Source of the DNA: Takakia lepidozioides
Lineage: Eukaryota; Plantae; Bryophyta
Length of the DNA stretch: 64,000 bases
Reading direction: 5' to 3'
Assembly: GCA_030704615.1 (NCBI GenBank)
Contig: CM060733.1
Location: 53,134,001 to 53,198,000 of the forward strand
Shown here: positions 63,743-64,000 of the stretch, in pieces
Layout of the letters: each line of letters begins with the position of its first letter
How positions within the stretch are numbered: position 1 is the stretch's first letter
The notes under the pieces: generated by a model
What the model saw: only the letters and a program-made list of their open reading frames with translations
What the model was told of the DNA's origin: nothing
Database searches by the model: none
Made by a program: the position numbers and the translations under genes

Positions 63743-63930
63743 CTCCGAGATAACATCTTGTAGTGGATTTGAACATGGCAGATAAACTCGATCCCCCCCA
63801 GTTTGGGTCTCATCCCACACTGCGCTAGCTGTGACTCTGGCTTTAGCAACTCCATTATGATGCGCACCCGGTCCCCATAATGCACAACCAATGCTTTCAA
63901 TATCTAAGCTGCATCCTCCACCTTTGGGTC
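63743..63930 (-). pseudogene. Decayed exon resembling the RCK1 region of a BK/Slo-type K+ channel
   Basis: AG|DPKVEDAA*ILKALVVHYGDRVRIIMELLKPES..(fs)ASAVWDETQTGG(fs)IEFIC....YKMLSR|GT, compared from recall with Slo EDAANIMRV...IRIIxQLL...W...DDVIC...LAQS; one stop and two compensating frameshifts. Confidence 0.5.
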
Positions 63931-64000
63931 CTGCAACATCTTCCAATATTCTGGCAATGTCATCGTTCTCTAGGACTTTTTTAGACCCTCCATGGACCCT

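Overview
A 64-kb nuclear window from a land plant, most likely a seed-free lineage (bryophyte or lycophyte/fern-like). That placement is inferred from gene content: a GlnA4-like ligase, a fungal/bacterial-type cysteine synthase, a BK-channel-like remnant and a PLS-PPR fragment. Six intact protein genes can be reconstructed by hand with consistent exon phases: MAPKK of the MKK6 type (-, 8 exons), GS-like gamma-glutamyl ligase (+, 11 exons), CysK/CysB-type cysteine synthase (-, 14 exons), an intronless DUF2921 membrane protein (+), THADA/TRM732 (-, 5 exons) and a PHP-domain (YciV/TrpH-like) hydrolase (+, 6 exons). The mobile and accessory content is: a young full-length but disrupted chromovirus (Ty3/Gypsy, Galadriel-like; 5-bp TSD TCAGG); a full-length APE-RT LINE with a 14-bp TSD and no poly(A) tail inside MKK6 intron 3, plus two more fragments of that family; a 788-bp non-autonomous hAT (8-bp TSD); an organellar group II intron/maturase insertion bounded by a perfect 22-bp direct repeat; orphan gene fragments (glycolate oxidase, OSB PDF motif next to PPR, P450, BK channel); and tandem repeats. 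The leads I rate highest are the tail-to-tail pair of prokaryote-type, apparently organelle-targeted amino-acid enzymes, the tail-less LINE family, the duplicated hairpin+PPT module in the chromovirus, the OSB-PPR juxtaposition, the TSD-flanked organellar insertion and the G/purine-rich 3' splice sites. All coordinates and counts were made by eye; no database search was run.
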